From the NCBI RefSeq assembly GCF_030028105.1, contig NC_092374.1:46075016-46139015 (forward strand): 64,000 bases of DNA. Direction: 5' to 3'. The notes beneath the pieces are model-generated. The model saw only the letters and a program-made list of their open reading frames with translations, ran no database searches and was not told the origin of the DNA. The number at the start of each line of letters is the position of its first letter. Position 1 is the first letter of the stretch. Positions 23,760 through 36,189 of the stretch are shown here, in pieces. The stretch comes from Mobula birostris. Taxonomy: Eukaryota. A program made the translations under genes and the position numbers.

Positions 23760-25760
23760 CAAAGTTCGAAGTAAAATTTACTATCAGGGTACCTGCAGAG
23801 TACCCTGAGATTCCTTTTCTGTGGGCAAACTTAATAAATTGAATGGTAACTACAAACAGGATCATTGAACAATGAACTGTGCAAATGCAAATATATATAA
23901 GTAGCAATAAATAACAAGAGCATGAAATAACAAGATAAAGAGTCCTTAAAGTGAGACCATCAGTTGTGGGAACACCAGAAGTAGAATGAGTGTAGTTACC
24001 CTTTTGTCAAGAGCCTGATGTTTGAAGGGTAGTAATTGTTCTTGAACCTGGTGGTGTGAGTCCTGAGGCACCTTTATCCTCAATCTGATGGTAGTAGCAA
24101 GGAAAGAGCATGGCTTAAATGATGAGGATCATTGATGATGGCTGCTGCTTTTTTACAGCAATGTTTATTGTAGGTATGCTCAATGGTTTGAAGGGTTTTA
24201 TCCGGGCCAAATCCAGATTTTCCACTCAAAGAACCAGGACGTAATGCAAACTGTCAGCACACCTTCCAACCAGACTCCTGAGGAAGTATAGGTGCTGTCA
24301 TGCTTTCTTTGCAATTACACTTATATGACGAGTCCAGGGTAGGTCCTTTGAGATAGTGACACACAGGAATTTAAAGTTACTGACATTCTCCACCTCTGAT
24401 CCCCCGATGATTACTGGCTCATGGACCTTTGGTTTCCCTCTCATGAAGTATACAATCAGTTACTTGGTCTTATTGACATTGATTGAAAGGTTATTGTTGT
24501 TACACCACTCAGCCACATTTTCAATCTCCCTCCTGTATGTGGCCCACAACGGTGGTGTAATGAGCAAACTTGTATATGGTGTTGGAGTTATAGTTAGTCA
24601 CACAGTCATTAGCATAAGGAGAGTAAGCAGGGGCTAAGCACACATCCCTGTGGTGCTCCTGCACTGATGGAGATTGTGGAGGTGATGTTTTCGCTATTCC
24701 AGACTGACTGGAGTCTGCAAGTGAGAAAATTCAGAATCCAATTGCACTCTACGTGTTGAAGTTACAGATTTGTTTTAAGGGGATGATAGCGTTAAATGTT
24801 GAGCTGCAATTTATAAAGAACATCCTGATGTATGCATCTTTACTGTCCAGATATTCCAGGGTTGTGTGAAGAGCCAATGAGATGGCATATGCTGTAGACC
24901 AGTTGCTTTAGTAGGTGAATTGGAGCAGATCCAAAACACCACTCAGACAGGTGCTGATATGCTTCGACACCAGCCTCTCAAAACACTTCATCACTGTGGA
25001 TGTAAGTGCCACTGGGTGATAGTCAATGAGGCAGGTTACCACACTCTTCTTGGCCATCGGTATGATTGAAGCAGGTGGGTACTACACTTTGTCGGAGTGA
25101 AAGATTGAAGATATCTGTGAACATACCAGCCAGTTAGTCTTCAGGTCTTCAGTACTCAGCCACATACTCCATCTGGACTGGATGCTTTCCTTGGATTCAC
25201 TCTCTGGAAGGCAGCCTGTATGTCAGCTTCAGATGCTGAGACCAAAGGATCATTAGTAAATTTGCTAATGACACAGAGGTTGGACGTGTTGTGGATAGTG
25301 TGGAGGGCTGTCAGAGGTTACAGAGGGACATTGATAGGTTGCAAAACTGGGCTGCGAAGTGGCAGATGGTAGGGACGTTCGACACAGCTTTGTGGGCCAA
25401 AGGGCCTGTATTGTGCTGTAGGTTTTCTATGTTTCTATGCTTCTAACTCTCAAGGCAAGCAGAATGGTCTACATTTAATCATTAATTGTTCTAAGTCAGG
25501 GGAACAAGAAGTTGACATAACTCCAATGTCTGTGCACTAATGAGAACTGACAAAAAAGCAAACTCAACCACCTCTTTCCTTATCAGAGATCGAGGCTCCG
25601 TCCATTCTGAACTCGTTAAATCTTCTGGTTGGATAGCTTCATCTGACGTGTTTGCTGTTAACCAAGTCTCAATTGAGATCTGCCTCATCTACCTCTGATA
25701 CAGCAGCCTTGCCCTGAGATCATCAACCTTATTTCCAAGTGACCTGTACATTAGCCAACA
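23760..25760 (-). mobile_element. Decayed LINE (EN and RT pieces) with an internal CR1 fragment at 25253-25443 (+)
   Basis: ETWLT....D.AIQPE endonuclease motif at about 25491-25688; RT-type motifs at 24300-25100. Confidence 0.8.
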
Positions 25761-26502
25761 AGTTACCTGGAAGAGAAGGCCTCAACCCCCTGTGCCACAA
25801 TCTGGTTTGAATCCCCCCAATGCTGCCACATTTTCAGTCAAAGAGTGTTTCATTGTGGAGTTATTTAACGCCTTTCCTCTCGTTTTAACTTTGTTGAGTC
25901 TTGACCAAAAGCACAGTGATGTCATTGCTCCTTGCTTACCTTTGAACTTGTTCTGGGAAAGACTACCTTTTGTATTGACGCTGTAAAGAAGCATAATTTA
26001 TTGTCAAGTTACTGCTTTCTGATCATTACAGCTGGTGGCAGTCAATGGTGCAAGCATGCCATATATAGGATGGGTTGAGATCACTTTCAGATTAGCTTCA
26101 CCTGGTCCAGAAGAATTGGTCATACCAGTTTTGGTTGTGAAAGGCAGATCTCTTACCCCATCTCATCATTGGATTCAACGTGACTGAACAGGTTATAAAG
26201 GAGAATAACCAACGAAGACTTAAAGACAGGGAGGGAGGATCCTTGTATGAAACAATAAGAGCTGCATTTCCTTCCCTTAAGAGAAGTAACATCAAGGCAT
26301 TTATCAATCTGATTAGCATTGGGAATCCCTGTGAGTATCGAGTAAAGACAACATAGGAGTGAGTTAACATATCAGAACATACAGCAATGCAAATTTAGTG
26401 CTATGTACAGTCTCCATTCTTTGAGAGAAGTCATACTAATGCTCCTTGAACCATAAGTAAAGTCACAGTGGGGAGAAGGCCTTGAGCTGTGCAAAACAGT
26501 CC

Positions 26503-26585
26503 GGAGGGATGCACATTCATACATTGTTATTGCTATGAGGGGTGCACATCACAGAGGGGTGCACATTCATACATTGTTATTGCTG
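26503..26585. repeat. Short tandem duplication within Gypsy
   Basis: GAGGG.TGCACATTCATACATTGTTATTGCT twice, plus a partial unit. Confidence 0.85.
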
Positions 26586-27579
26586 TGCACAACAGAACAC
26601 ACCATGACACCATGCTTGCTGAGAAGACAATGCTCAGGGCATTGCAACCAGTTAAGTCCGTGTACCCTGTCGCTGTGCAAGAAGGTGCTGTATTCGACCC
26701 AGCCACTCGACACCAAATAGAGGATTATATGGGTGAACTCTACTCCGATTTATGGGATCCCCAGTCGATGTGAGCCACCTAAATGGACAACAGCAGCAGA
26801 TCATGAAACAGACGCTACGAGAAGAATGTCACTCCTTTTCAAAATCAGACAATGACATTGAATGTATCAAGGGTTTGCAACTGAGCATCTCCCTCAAAGA
26901 TGATGAACTGGTTGCTCGGTCTTATATTTCAGTTCCGAAACCTCTCTGCGATGAAATGAAGGATTACTTGCATGACCTAATCATCCACGGCTGGATTGAG
27001 AAATCTAACTCACCTCAGTTGTGTGTGTCAGAAAGAAAGATGGAAGCCTTCGTCTCTGTATTGACTACAAGGACCTAAATAAGAAAATTATTCCTGACCA
27101 TCAGCCCATTCCAGGAATGAAAGACATTATGGACAGCTTATGTGGTAATGCTTGGTTCTTGTTACTTGAACAGGGGAAAACAAACCACCAGGGATTCATG
27201 ATGAAGGACAGCAGGCCATGATCACCCTTCATAACCCCCTGGGGCTTATATGAGCGAGTGTAAATTCCCCTTGGACTTACGAATGTGCCCATTGCCTACC
27301 AACATTTCATGGAGGTGTGCCTGGAACAGTCCTGTGTGAAAAGCAAGATGGCAAATTGAGAGTAATAGCCTATGGTTCACGAACATTGACAAATGGAGGA
27401 AAAAAAACTAACACCTACACAGTGGGAAATTGGAATTCCTTGCCTTCAAATAGGCAATCACTGAAAAATTTGGGGATTACCTGTACTATGCCCCAACATT
27501 CACAGTTTCCAGTGACAACAACCCCCTCATGTTTGTTCTGTTTTTAGCAAAGTTGAATGCAACAAGATATAGATGAATC

Positions 27580-28346
27580 AGAGGGTGGAGTAAAGTCAAG
27601 ATGGTGCTAAATGGTTACTCCTTTGCTAGCATCTTCAGAAATAACTCTATTTCTATTAAAGATATTTCTTTTTCCCTCTTTAATGTTCTTTTGAAGTCCA
27701 TGACCTGGAGTTACACTCTGACTTTGGTTCTTTGAGTGAATGGGATCCGCTCTCAGGGCCTCATGACCGGCTGCTTTTTGATATCCCAAGGACACAGCCT
27801 GGAAGACTAGTGCATCTTCAGGGTGCTGGATTTTCGTGGCTCCGGAGACGGGATGACTCCAGGCCGGTGTACCTGACTGAGGCATCACGGGAGAACACGG
27901 AACATCGGGAGCAACGGTTTGGCTGCTGGCTGTGTGCCCAGAGATCTGAGCTCAGACTTTTAACATCTTGAAACACAATCACCTCTTTTTCCCTTATTAG
28001 GGAGAGACAGAGAGAGAGAGAGCCTGTGGTATGTCGAATTACCGGGTGAACGAGTAGTCTTCGGGGTACTACAAGTCTGTGTCTTTATTGATGCTTTGCT
28101 GCACGCTTGAGTGCTCGGTGGAGGGAAGCCGTTGTTTTTTTGTTGGTGGGGGGGTGTGGGGTTTCGTTGCCTTGCAGCTGCTTGTGTGTGGGAGGAGAGA
28201 GCTGAGGGGGCTTTGGGGTTCTAACATTTAACTGTCATTCATTCTTTGGGGCACTCCTCTGTTTTCATGGATGTTTGTGAAGAAAAAGAATTTCAGGACG
28301 TATATTGTATACATTTCTCTGACATTAAATGTACCTATTGAACCTT
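27580..28346 (+). repeat. Family A retro-repeat, copy 2
   Basis: Homologous to 19432-20335; interrupts the Gypsy motif YR|WVAELADF. Confidence 0.75.
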
Positions 28347-30111
28347 TAGTTGGGTTGCCGAACTGGCTGACTTCTACTTCACTATCCATTATCACCTGGG
28401 AAAAGAAAATGTTGATGTTGATCTTTGTCCCGAATGCCAGTAGCCATGGAGATGACTATGAGTGAGCAGATGGAAGAAACCTCGTCTAATTCAGTGGGAG
28501 ACACAGTCCAGGCTATCAAATTGCAGCAAAGTGCAGCCATACCCTAGTCCGTGGCAATATCTGTACAGTTAGATGCACTAAATGCCAACTTAGTTCATTC
28601 CACCACTGGCCAGGAGAGAGATCTTTGTATGGTCATGTTCGAAGCTTACTTTTCAACAATATTGGAGAGCCAGGTAGTTTCTGTGAGAGTGGGATAAATT
28701 AGTATTGGATGAGGATGGCATTCTTCATCAGGAAACTATCCAACAAACACAACTGCTGCTACCTGGGAAGTTCAAGAGTACAGTCCTGGAAGAGCTACAT
28801 GATAAATTGGGGCGCCAAGGCACTGATTGCACAATAGCTCTGGTAGGAGAGATTTTTCTGGCCTCACATGCAAAGGGACATTGAGCACCATGTGCCACAA
28901 GTCTGTACCTGTCTCAAGCAAAAGAAGCCATGTTAGGAAACAAGGGCACCACTTAAGAGCATCGTGACAGCGCAGCCATTTGAACTTGTGTCAGTTGACT
29001 TTCTTCACCTAGACAAGTGCAAGGGTGGATACGAGTACATTCTGGTGATTATTGACCATTGTACCTGATTGGTAGAGGCATATGCCCAACCTTGAAGTCA
29101 GGAAACACTGCAGCTGACCAACTTTTCAATGACTTTGCCCTGAAGTTGGATTCTCATCACAAATACATCATGACCAAAGGGGCAAATTTGAGAATCAACT
29201 CTTCACATAACTGAGAAAACATAGTGGCGTGGCAGGACCAAGAACTGCACCTTACCACCCTCAGGGAATTGTCAAGACAAGACCTACACTGTACCATCCC
29301 CAGGGAAATGGACAAGTTGAGAGGTTCAACCAGACCCCTTTTGCAAATGTTGAAAACACTAACAGAAAGATAAAAAGAAAATTGGAAAGAGTCATTGAAT
29401 AAAATGGTGTATACTTACAACTGTACAAGGCCAGAAGTAACAGAATTCTTTCCATTCTACCTTCTCTTCGGTTGATCACTAAGCCTGCCCATAGGTATAT
29501 TCTTTGGCCTGAACACTGTCAAATGTCCTGCAACCCATCGTGAATACTTGGAAAGATGGGAAAGAAGCATGCAAGAAGCCCATCAGATTGCGAAGGAGTA
29601 TATGCAAAATGCCTTGGGGAGAAATAACTTGAATTTTGACAGCAGTGTGAGATTTACAGAGTTACAACCTGGGAAACCTGTGTCCTAGTAAAGAATCTGA
29701 CTCCCCACAGACGTCCAGAAATGCTTCAAAACTATTGGAAGGACAGCAGCCGTATTGTTCTATGAAAAGTTGGGAAGGATGTGCCAGTCTATGAAGTAAA
29801 ACCTGAACAATGAAAGGGAAGATCCAGAGTACCACACCTGCCTTTGGATGCTGATCCACAAATGGATACCACAACAAAGCGAGAGTGTCTGTCAAAACGG
29901 ATCATCAGGGCTCATCCAAGAAAGAGAGTGAACCAGCCAACGATAGTGTGGATGAATATTTCTACCAAGTCGAATGTCCACAGTAGCAAGGACTGCAATA
30001 GTTTTGAAGTAGAGCCTATACAACCTGTTGAGCACCCAATGAGGTTTGGGGATTTACAATATTTCCAGCAACAAATGCCTGAAAAGGAACAGTGTTGAGC
30101 TTACCTGCATT

Positions 30112-30885
30112 TGTTGGCCAGAAGAAACTACTGTATGCAATTTGAGAATTTGACAAATCAAGGACAGGGGAAGCAGGAAAATCAACTATCTTGGTTTCCT
30201 TCCATTTTGTGGACTCTGAACTGAATTCTGGGATGATCTAATAAGAGCAACTAAATGTGGACACAAGAAGTTCAGGTAATGGCCTGCTAAACCTGAAACC
30301 ATTCTCAGGTGAATAGCTACTTATTATGTAAAATGCCAAAGAAGCAATCTGTAATCTCATTAGACTCTGTCTGGGTCACCTCATTTAACTGATTCAGACC
30401 AGTCAGGGTTGAAAGACACAAATGCACAAGATTGGGGTGGGTAGAACCATGAAACAATGTCGGTTGTAGCCTTGGACAAGAATCTGTAAAGGTGACCTGG
30501 GTAGGTCAGGTGACCTTGAGCCAATGGGATGGAGATCCAACAGCTCAGTTGATGAGGAACACTATACGAATCAGGAGCTCCAAATACGTAGGGGCGATAA
30601 CTCTCCAGCAATCAAAGACCAGCCATCGCTGCTAAGGAGGAACCCACAGACATGTGTAGATCAGAACCATGAGGAATGTGTGACCAGCATAGACTCCTCT
30701 CCTGGGTAATACCTTCTCTCTTCATTGACTGTTCATGGAGGGTCAGGGATTCTAGTAGGTTGCATGCAGTTGGTTAGTTTGTGAACCCACATGCTTTTTA
30801 GTTGAGACAATAATAATTATTTGTTGGTAAATACAGATTCTCTGTGCCTCACTGATCATTATTACAAGGGGTGATTCTTGTAACA
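30112..30885 (+). mobile_element. Solo LTR related to 13288-14138, inserted in the Gypsy 3' region
   Basis: Same TGTTGGCCAGAA start and similar 3' end; no PPT upstream; TSD not evident. Confidence 0.7.
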
Positions 30886-33800
30886 ACGTGAACCAGTACC
30901 AATCCTTGTATCTTCATCTAGTAGTAGTAGTAGTAGTCATACTTTATTAATCCTGGGGGAAATTGGTTAATACCAAGTTAATACTTGGTCTATACAAAGT
31001 AACCTCAGTGACTGACCCGATTTCAAATCATTACTATTCCCTGTACCTTCATCTGAACCAGTGACCTAAATGACTTTTCTGCATGTGCGCTGATACCAGT
31101 TCCTGTATTTCCTCCAGCGAATGATGAGCCAGACAACTAGATAGAGCAAAGGCAGGGGAGCTCAAAGTTACTTTGGAGAGAACGACGACCACCAAAATGC
31201 TTTACTTATGATAGGGTTGGGACCTCCACATGTCACAACATACAGACGGTAGACTGTAGACTGCATCAGTAACAGGCCTAGCCTTATAATTGTGCAACAT
31301 CAATGGCTTCATGGCTACCTGTGTCTTAGTTCCTATATCAACTACCATTTGCCTACTAGGAACCAAAGGAATGTTTCATACAAGGAAAGTAGTAGTTGCA
31401 AATCTAACACTAGGAGGAGATGTTGGATGACATCTACTTTTGAGGGGGATACATGTGACAAGGTTGAAATCTATTAAATTCAGTTATAAATAATTGTTCA
31501 AATATTTTTTAAAAAGTGTCAAAATAATTTATTTAATGTGAATATCATTTCATGTTGAGAAAAAAAGGAATGTTACTTTAAAACATGCAAATATGTTTAG
31601 TTGAAAATTCTGAGAATCCGTGCGCAAAGTATTTTTTATAGTATTGATCGGTGAATCTGCCATTGACTTGTAAGTGCTTGCATGCAATTTTCAGCATGTG
31701 ATTGATTGCTCATGCCTTCCAGAATGCCTGGGTTAGGGCAGTACACACCATTCTCATTTAGCATAAAGTGACTGATGCATAAACATTACAAGTTTATGTT
31801 TCATTTGTCTCCCCTTTTCAGGGGTACTACATTAGCTTTCAGTCTGAGAGCTTTTCCCCCTTTAATTCTTTCTGTACAGTTCTTATTAAAAGTTAGTGAA
31901 CTCTTCATCTGCTTCAGTGTCTCTCCCTCTGCTCTTGTACCATCACTGCATATTGTCAATTGGAATCAAACCCAGTTGACCTTTTTCTTTTTTTCCCCTT
32001 TTCAAGCAAAATCTCTAATTAACTTTTGAGTGTTCCAAAGTAAATAACCCTGAGACACTATTTACTGAGAGAGTGGAAAGAACTTGATTTTCAATTTGCC
32101 TTCTGTATTGTGATTTTCCAAATCACTTCCACACAATACCTTAAATACAGTCTTTAATATATGTAGGAAATTTAACAGTAAACATACTTAAAGTTCAACA
32201 CTCAGAAGTTCAAATATTCAAGCAACCGTCACTATATACTACCTTAGCATTCATTTTCTTGCAGGCATTCACAGTAAAACTGGGAAATACAATAGAATCA
32301 ATGAAAAACCACAAGGAGTGACAAACAAGGAAAGTTTCCTGTCCAAGCAATACATTCTAGGAATTTTTTTTTGAGTTGTCTAAAATATTATAAGGAGCCA
32401 CTGACCCTACATTCCACCCTCAGCCCACTTTTGCCACTTCTTCAAACACATTCCTTGAGATCCAAATGCCCACCTCTGAGGAAAGTCTTTCTTTTATAAT
32501 GTAGCACACTGTACCTAAGTATTGACTTTAAGTATGTGGTCAAAGCCATTTTGATCAAAAGAGAGAGTACATACACTATGGCTCTTCAAAACAAGTAATG
32601 TCTATTGCATTCCCCACTGCACCTTCTCAATCTCAGACCTCTTAGCTTTATATCAGTAGTCTAAGTATAGAGTAGGACTATACTTACTAAAAATTCATCA
32701 GTTTTAGTTTGTTTAAGAAATTTTGTTTATACCTTCACTGCTTATCTTGTCAAAGCACCTTAAACCTGCTTGGTTTCCCTTGGCAGAAGTGAAGTATGAT
32801 TATCTATCACCCAGGAACATTTCATTGGGTAACATTATGTGCATGGTAGAGTTTCTCAATATGCAAGTAACATACTTTGCATATCCATATGGCATGTGAC
32901 ATTGAACCATTGAAGCGGTCTGAATTATGGACTTGCAGGCATACTGTTGAATTGCCTTTGAACTTAAGAATGGATCCATTTGGAGAGTTCCTCTCAACTA
33001 TGAAAATTGAAGCACGTGCTCTGGTGCAACTGTACGTATCACTTAGAAACCCAAGGTTAGATGGGTATATAGGACTAGCTGCGTGCAAGAATAAAAGTTG
33101 GAAGCAGAACTATGCCCTCTTCACCACGCAAGAGCAGCTGATTAACTGAAAATTCTCAAATGGGATCAAAGGTCTCAAATTCGTTAAGAAAACAGTACCT
33201 TTTAGTGTGAGAATGAAGATAAATTGTTCAATGATATTGTCCTGATATAGTCCAGCATCTGTTCTGTGGATAAAATATTATGACAATCATAATTAGCTTT
33301 AATTAAACTCCAGGCACTGGGCCGTTTTTTCCTGACTTCAGTCCTACACACTGCTTGGTGTTGCAGTTCAGCTCTGCCATTTGGCTGTTATCTGAACTAA
33401 GAATGGATGAGATCTGGAGCTGTGTGTTGCTGACAGAATTAAAAATAACTATGTTGGGCAGGTTATTATTGAGATGAAAAGTGTAGTACTTCAAAACCAT
33501 AGATGATTCCTTGCATTGCCTGCTGGTAGAAGCTTAGCTGAGAAGATAGTACTTGCTCTGGATTGGACTTACTGGATGAGCTGAATGGCCTAGTTCTGTT
33601 TCTATCTCTTACGGTCTAAAATCTATGAACTCTGAAGGAGTGATGTTGAGGACAAAATGAAAGTCTACATGAATGGAATACTGTAAAAGGAAATAAAGAA
33701 TCTGTCAAACAAATAACTTTGTTTCAGCTTTCTGGCATCTGCATTTTTTTTTGCTTTTTAATGAAATACTTAACTAATGTCTGCAGAGTACCCAGCAGTG

Positions 33801-33989
33801 GAATGGAGGTCAAGGAAGAAATATGCAGAAAAATTGGAGAAATAAGTAAATAAACATATAGAACCAGATTATTTGTTGCTCCAAATTCCAGCATCTTGCA
33901 ACATCATATACCTCCAATAACATGACGGACTTCAGCTACCTTAAATCTTGGTCGTAAGGGTTAGCCGTAAATGGATAAGCAAAGATAGC

Positions 33990-34605
33990 ATTTATCTAAA
34001 TCTTACATCCATGCCACAATGTGAGAGAGTAAAAATCTTGGTGTTATGACTCTGTTGCAATGTACAGACATGTAAATTTAAAAACTGTTCTGTAGCCTGT
34101 TGGTCCTGGCTTTAATGCTGCGGTTATGTTTGCCAGACGGCAACAGCTGGAACAGTTTATGGTTGGGGTGACCGGTGTCCCCGATGATCTTCCAGGCCTT
34201 CTTTCTGCACCTTCTTCTATAAATGTCTTCAATGGAGGGAAGATCACATCCACAGATACGCTGGGCTGTCCGTACCACTCTCTACGGTGCCCAGCGATCA
34301 AGGTTGGTGCTGTTCCTGTACCAGGCGGTGATACAGCCAGTCAGGATGCTCTCAATGGTGCCCCTGTAAAAGGTCTTGGGGATTTGGGGGCGAATGCCAA
34401 ACTTCTTCACTCACCTGAGGTGGAAGAGACACTGTTATGTTTTTTTTTGCCACAAAGTTGGTGTGTACAGTCCAGGTGAGATCATCGGTGATGTGTACAC
34501 CGAGGAATTTGGAACTACTCACCCTCTTGAACTACAGAGCCATTGATGTTGATCGGGCTGAGCCTGTCTCCGATCCTCCTGTAATCCACACTTAGCTCTT
34601 TTGTA
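33990..34605 (-). mobile_element. LINE 3' fragment
   Basis: VRTAQRICGCDLPSIEDIY...LLPSG...IKARTNRL.NSF. Confidence 0.85.
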
Positions 34606-35292
34606 CGTGGTATGTACACATGACCATTTTCTAGCACGACATGCAAAAAAGGATTGATAATCAGATCTACTAATTGGGATGAACCAGTGAAGTGGGGAAC
34701 ATCTAGGTAATCAGGACCAGAATTTAATGGTGCAGAACCATATAGAAATTATGAACATAACAATAAAAGATTGAAAATATTACTGATATTTAGAGGCTGA
34801 GAAGAAAATTTTAAACAATAAAACTTTGGTGGAACAATAACATGAAACAATTGAAATTGTAATTGGATTATTATCGTGTACCAAGACACAGTGAAGAGGC
34901 TTTTTCTGCGTGCTATCCATATGGTTAATTTTAGTATATCAGTACTTTGCAGCAGTACAAAGGGGAAGGCAATAACAGAATGCAGAATATAGTGTTAGAG
35001 CTACCATATCAGAGAAATAGAGTGCAGGTAGGCACATACATTGCAAGGGCAGCAATGAGGTTAACTGAGAGTTCAAAAGTTAATTTTTATCATTCAAGAG
35101 GCATGTGACTATAAAGAAGCTGTCCTTGAGCCTGTGATGAGTGTTTTCAATTGTTCTTCTACCTGAAGGAAGGGCTAAGAAGAACGTGAGGGATTTTAGA
35201 GTATATTGATTGCTTTCTGAAGGCAGTGGGAAGTGCAGGTAGAATCCACAGAAGGGAGGCTGGTTTGTGAGATGGACTGAACTGTGGCAACA

Positions 35293-36006
35293 ACACAAAC
35301 ACGAGGAAATCTGCAGATGCTGGAATTTCAAGCAACACACATAAAAGTTGCTGGTGAACGCAGCAGGTCAGGCAGCACCTCTAGGAAGAGGTACAGTCGA
35401 CGTTTTGGGCCAAGACCCTTCGTCAGGACTAACTGAAAGAAAAGCTAGTAAGAGATTTGAAAGTGGGAGGGGGAGTGGGAGATCCAAAATGATAGGAGAA
35501 GACAGGAGGGGGAGGGATGGAGCCAAGAGCTGGACAGGTGATTGGCAAAGGGGATATGAGAGGATCATGGGACAGGAGGCCTAAGGAGAAAGAAAGGAGG
35601 AGGGGGGAAGCCCAGACGACGGACAAGGGGTATAGTGAGAGGGACAGAAGGAGAAAAAGGAGAGAGAGAAAAAGAATGTGTGTATATAAATAAATAAATA
35701 ACTGATGGGGTACGAGGGGACGAGGGGCATTAGCGGAAGTTAGAGAAGTCAATGTTCATGCCATCAGGTTGGAGGCTACCCAGACAGAATATAAGGTGTT
35801 GTTCCTCCAACCTGAGTGTGGCTTCATCTTTACAGTTGAGGAGGCCGTGGATAGACATATCAGAATGGGAATGGGGTGTGGAATTAAAATAAGTGGCCAC
35901 TGGGAGATCCTGCTTTCTCTGGCAGAGAGAGCATAGGTGTTCAGCGAAACGATCTCCCAGTCTGCTTTGGGTCTCGCCAATATATAGAAGGCCGCATCGG
36001 GAGCAC
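35293..36006 (-). mobile_element. Penelope-like element 3' end, same family as 11412-12684
   Basis: High identity to 11412-12090; hammerhead copy at about 35395-35432 has GAAA changed to AAAA. Confidence 0.92.
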
Positions 36007-36189
36007 TAACATTTTCTGGGAGTCTTGGGTAGAGCAGTTGCCTTATTATGCATCTGGATAGGGTACTTCCTGTGGTGTATAAATAAAAATTGTCTATAGT
36101 CAACATGGAATGGCAAAAATTGTTTTCAATCAAATAAAGGAAGAATATATTCCATGAAAAGGAAAGAATAAATTTCAAACTTAAGAGAC

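Larger units (their letters stand above)
26022..31831 (+). mobile_element. 5'-truncated Gypsy element (PR-RT-RH-IN, PPT, 3' LTR 31454-31831) inside an intron of the pseudogene
   Basis: AVNG..MPYIGWVE; VRKKDGSLRLCIDY; RVIAYGSRTL; integrase 28790-29500; RERRPP..FTY near 31180; purine tract then TGTG...TACA. Confidence 0.9.
25940..33429 (-). pseudogene. Multi-exon non-rearranging antigen-receptor-like pseudogene: V (33429-33199), second Ig domain (33078 to 32759 or 32733), TM (32660-32515), cytoplasmic exon (25980-25940)
   Basis: V: AELNC, (W*)SQEKTAQCLEF, DAGLYQ, phase-1 donor; 120-nt GT-AG intron; TM exon EKVQWGMQ*TLLVLKS/IVYVLSLLIKM ends in phase 2, matching the open frame of the 41-nt exon SVNTKGSLSQNKFK. 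Confidence 0.6.

Noticed and set aside
25912-25918. CACAGTG heptamer
   Set aside because: Intronic, no V or J adjacent, and the paralogous site reads CACAGCA.
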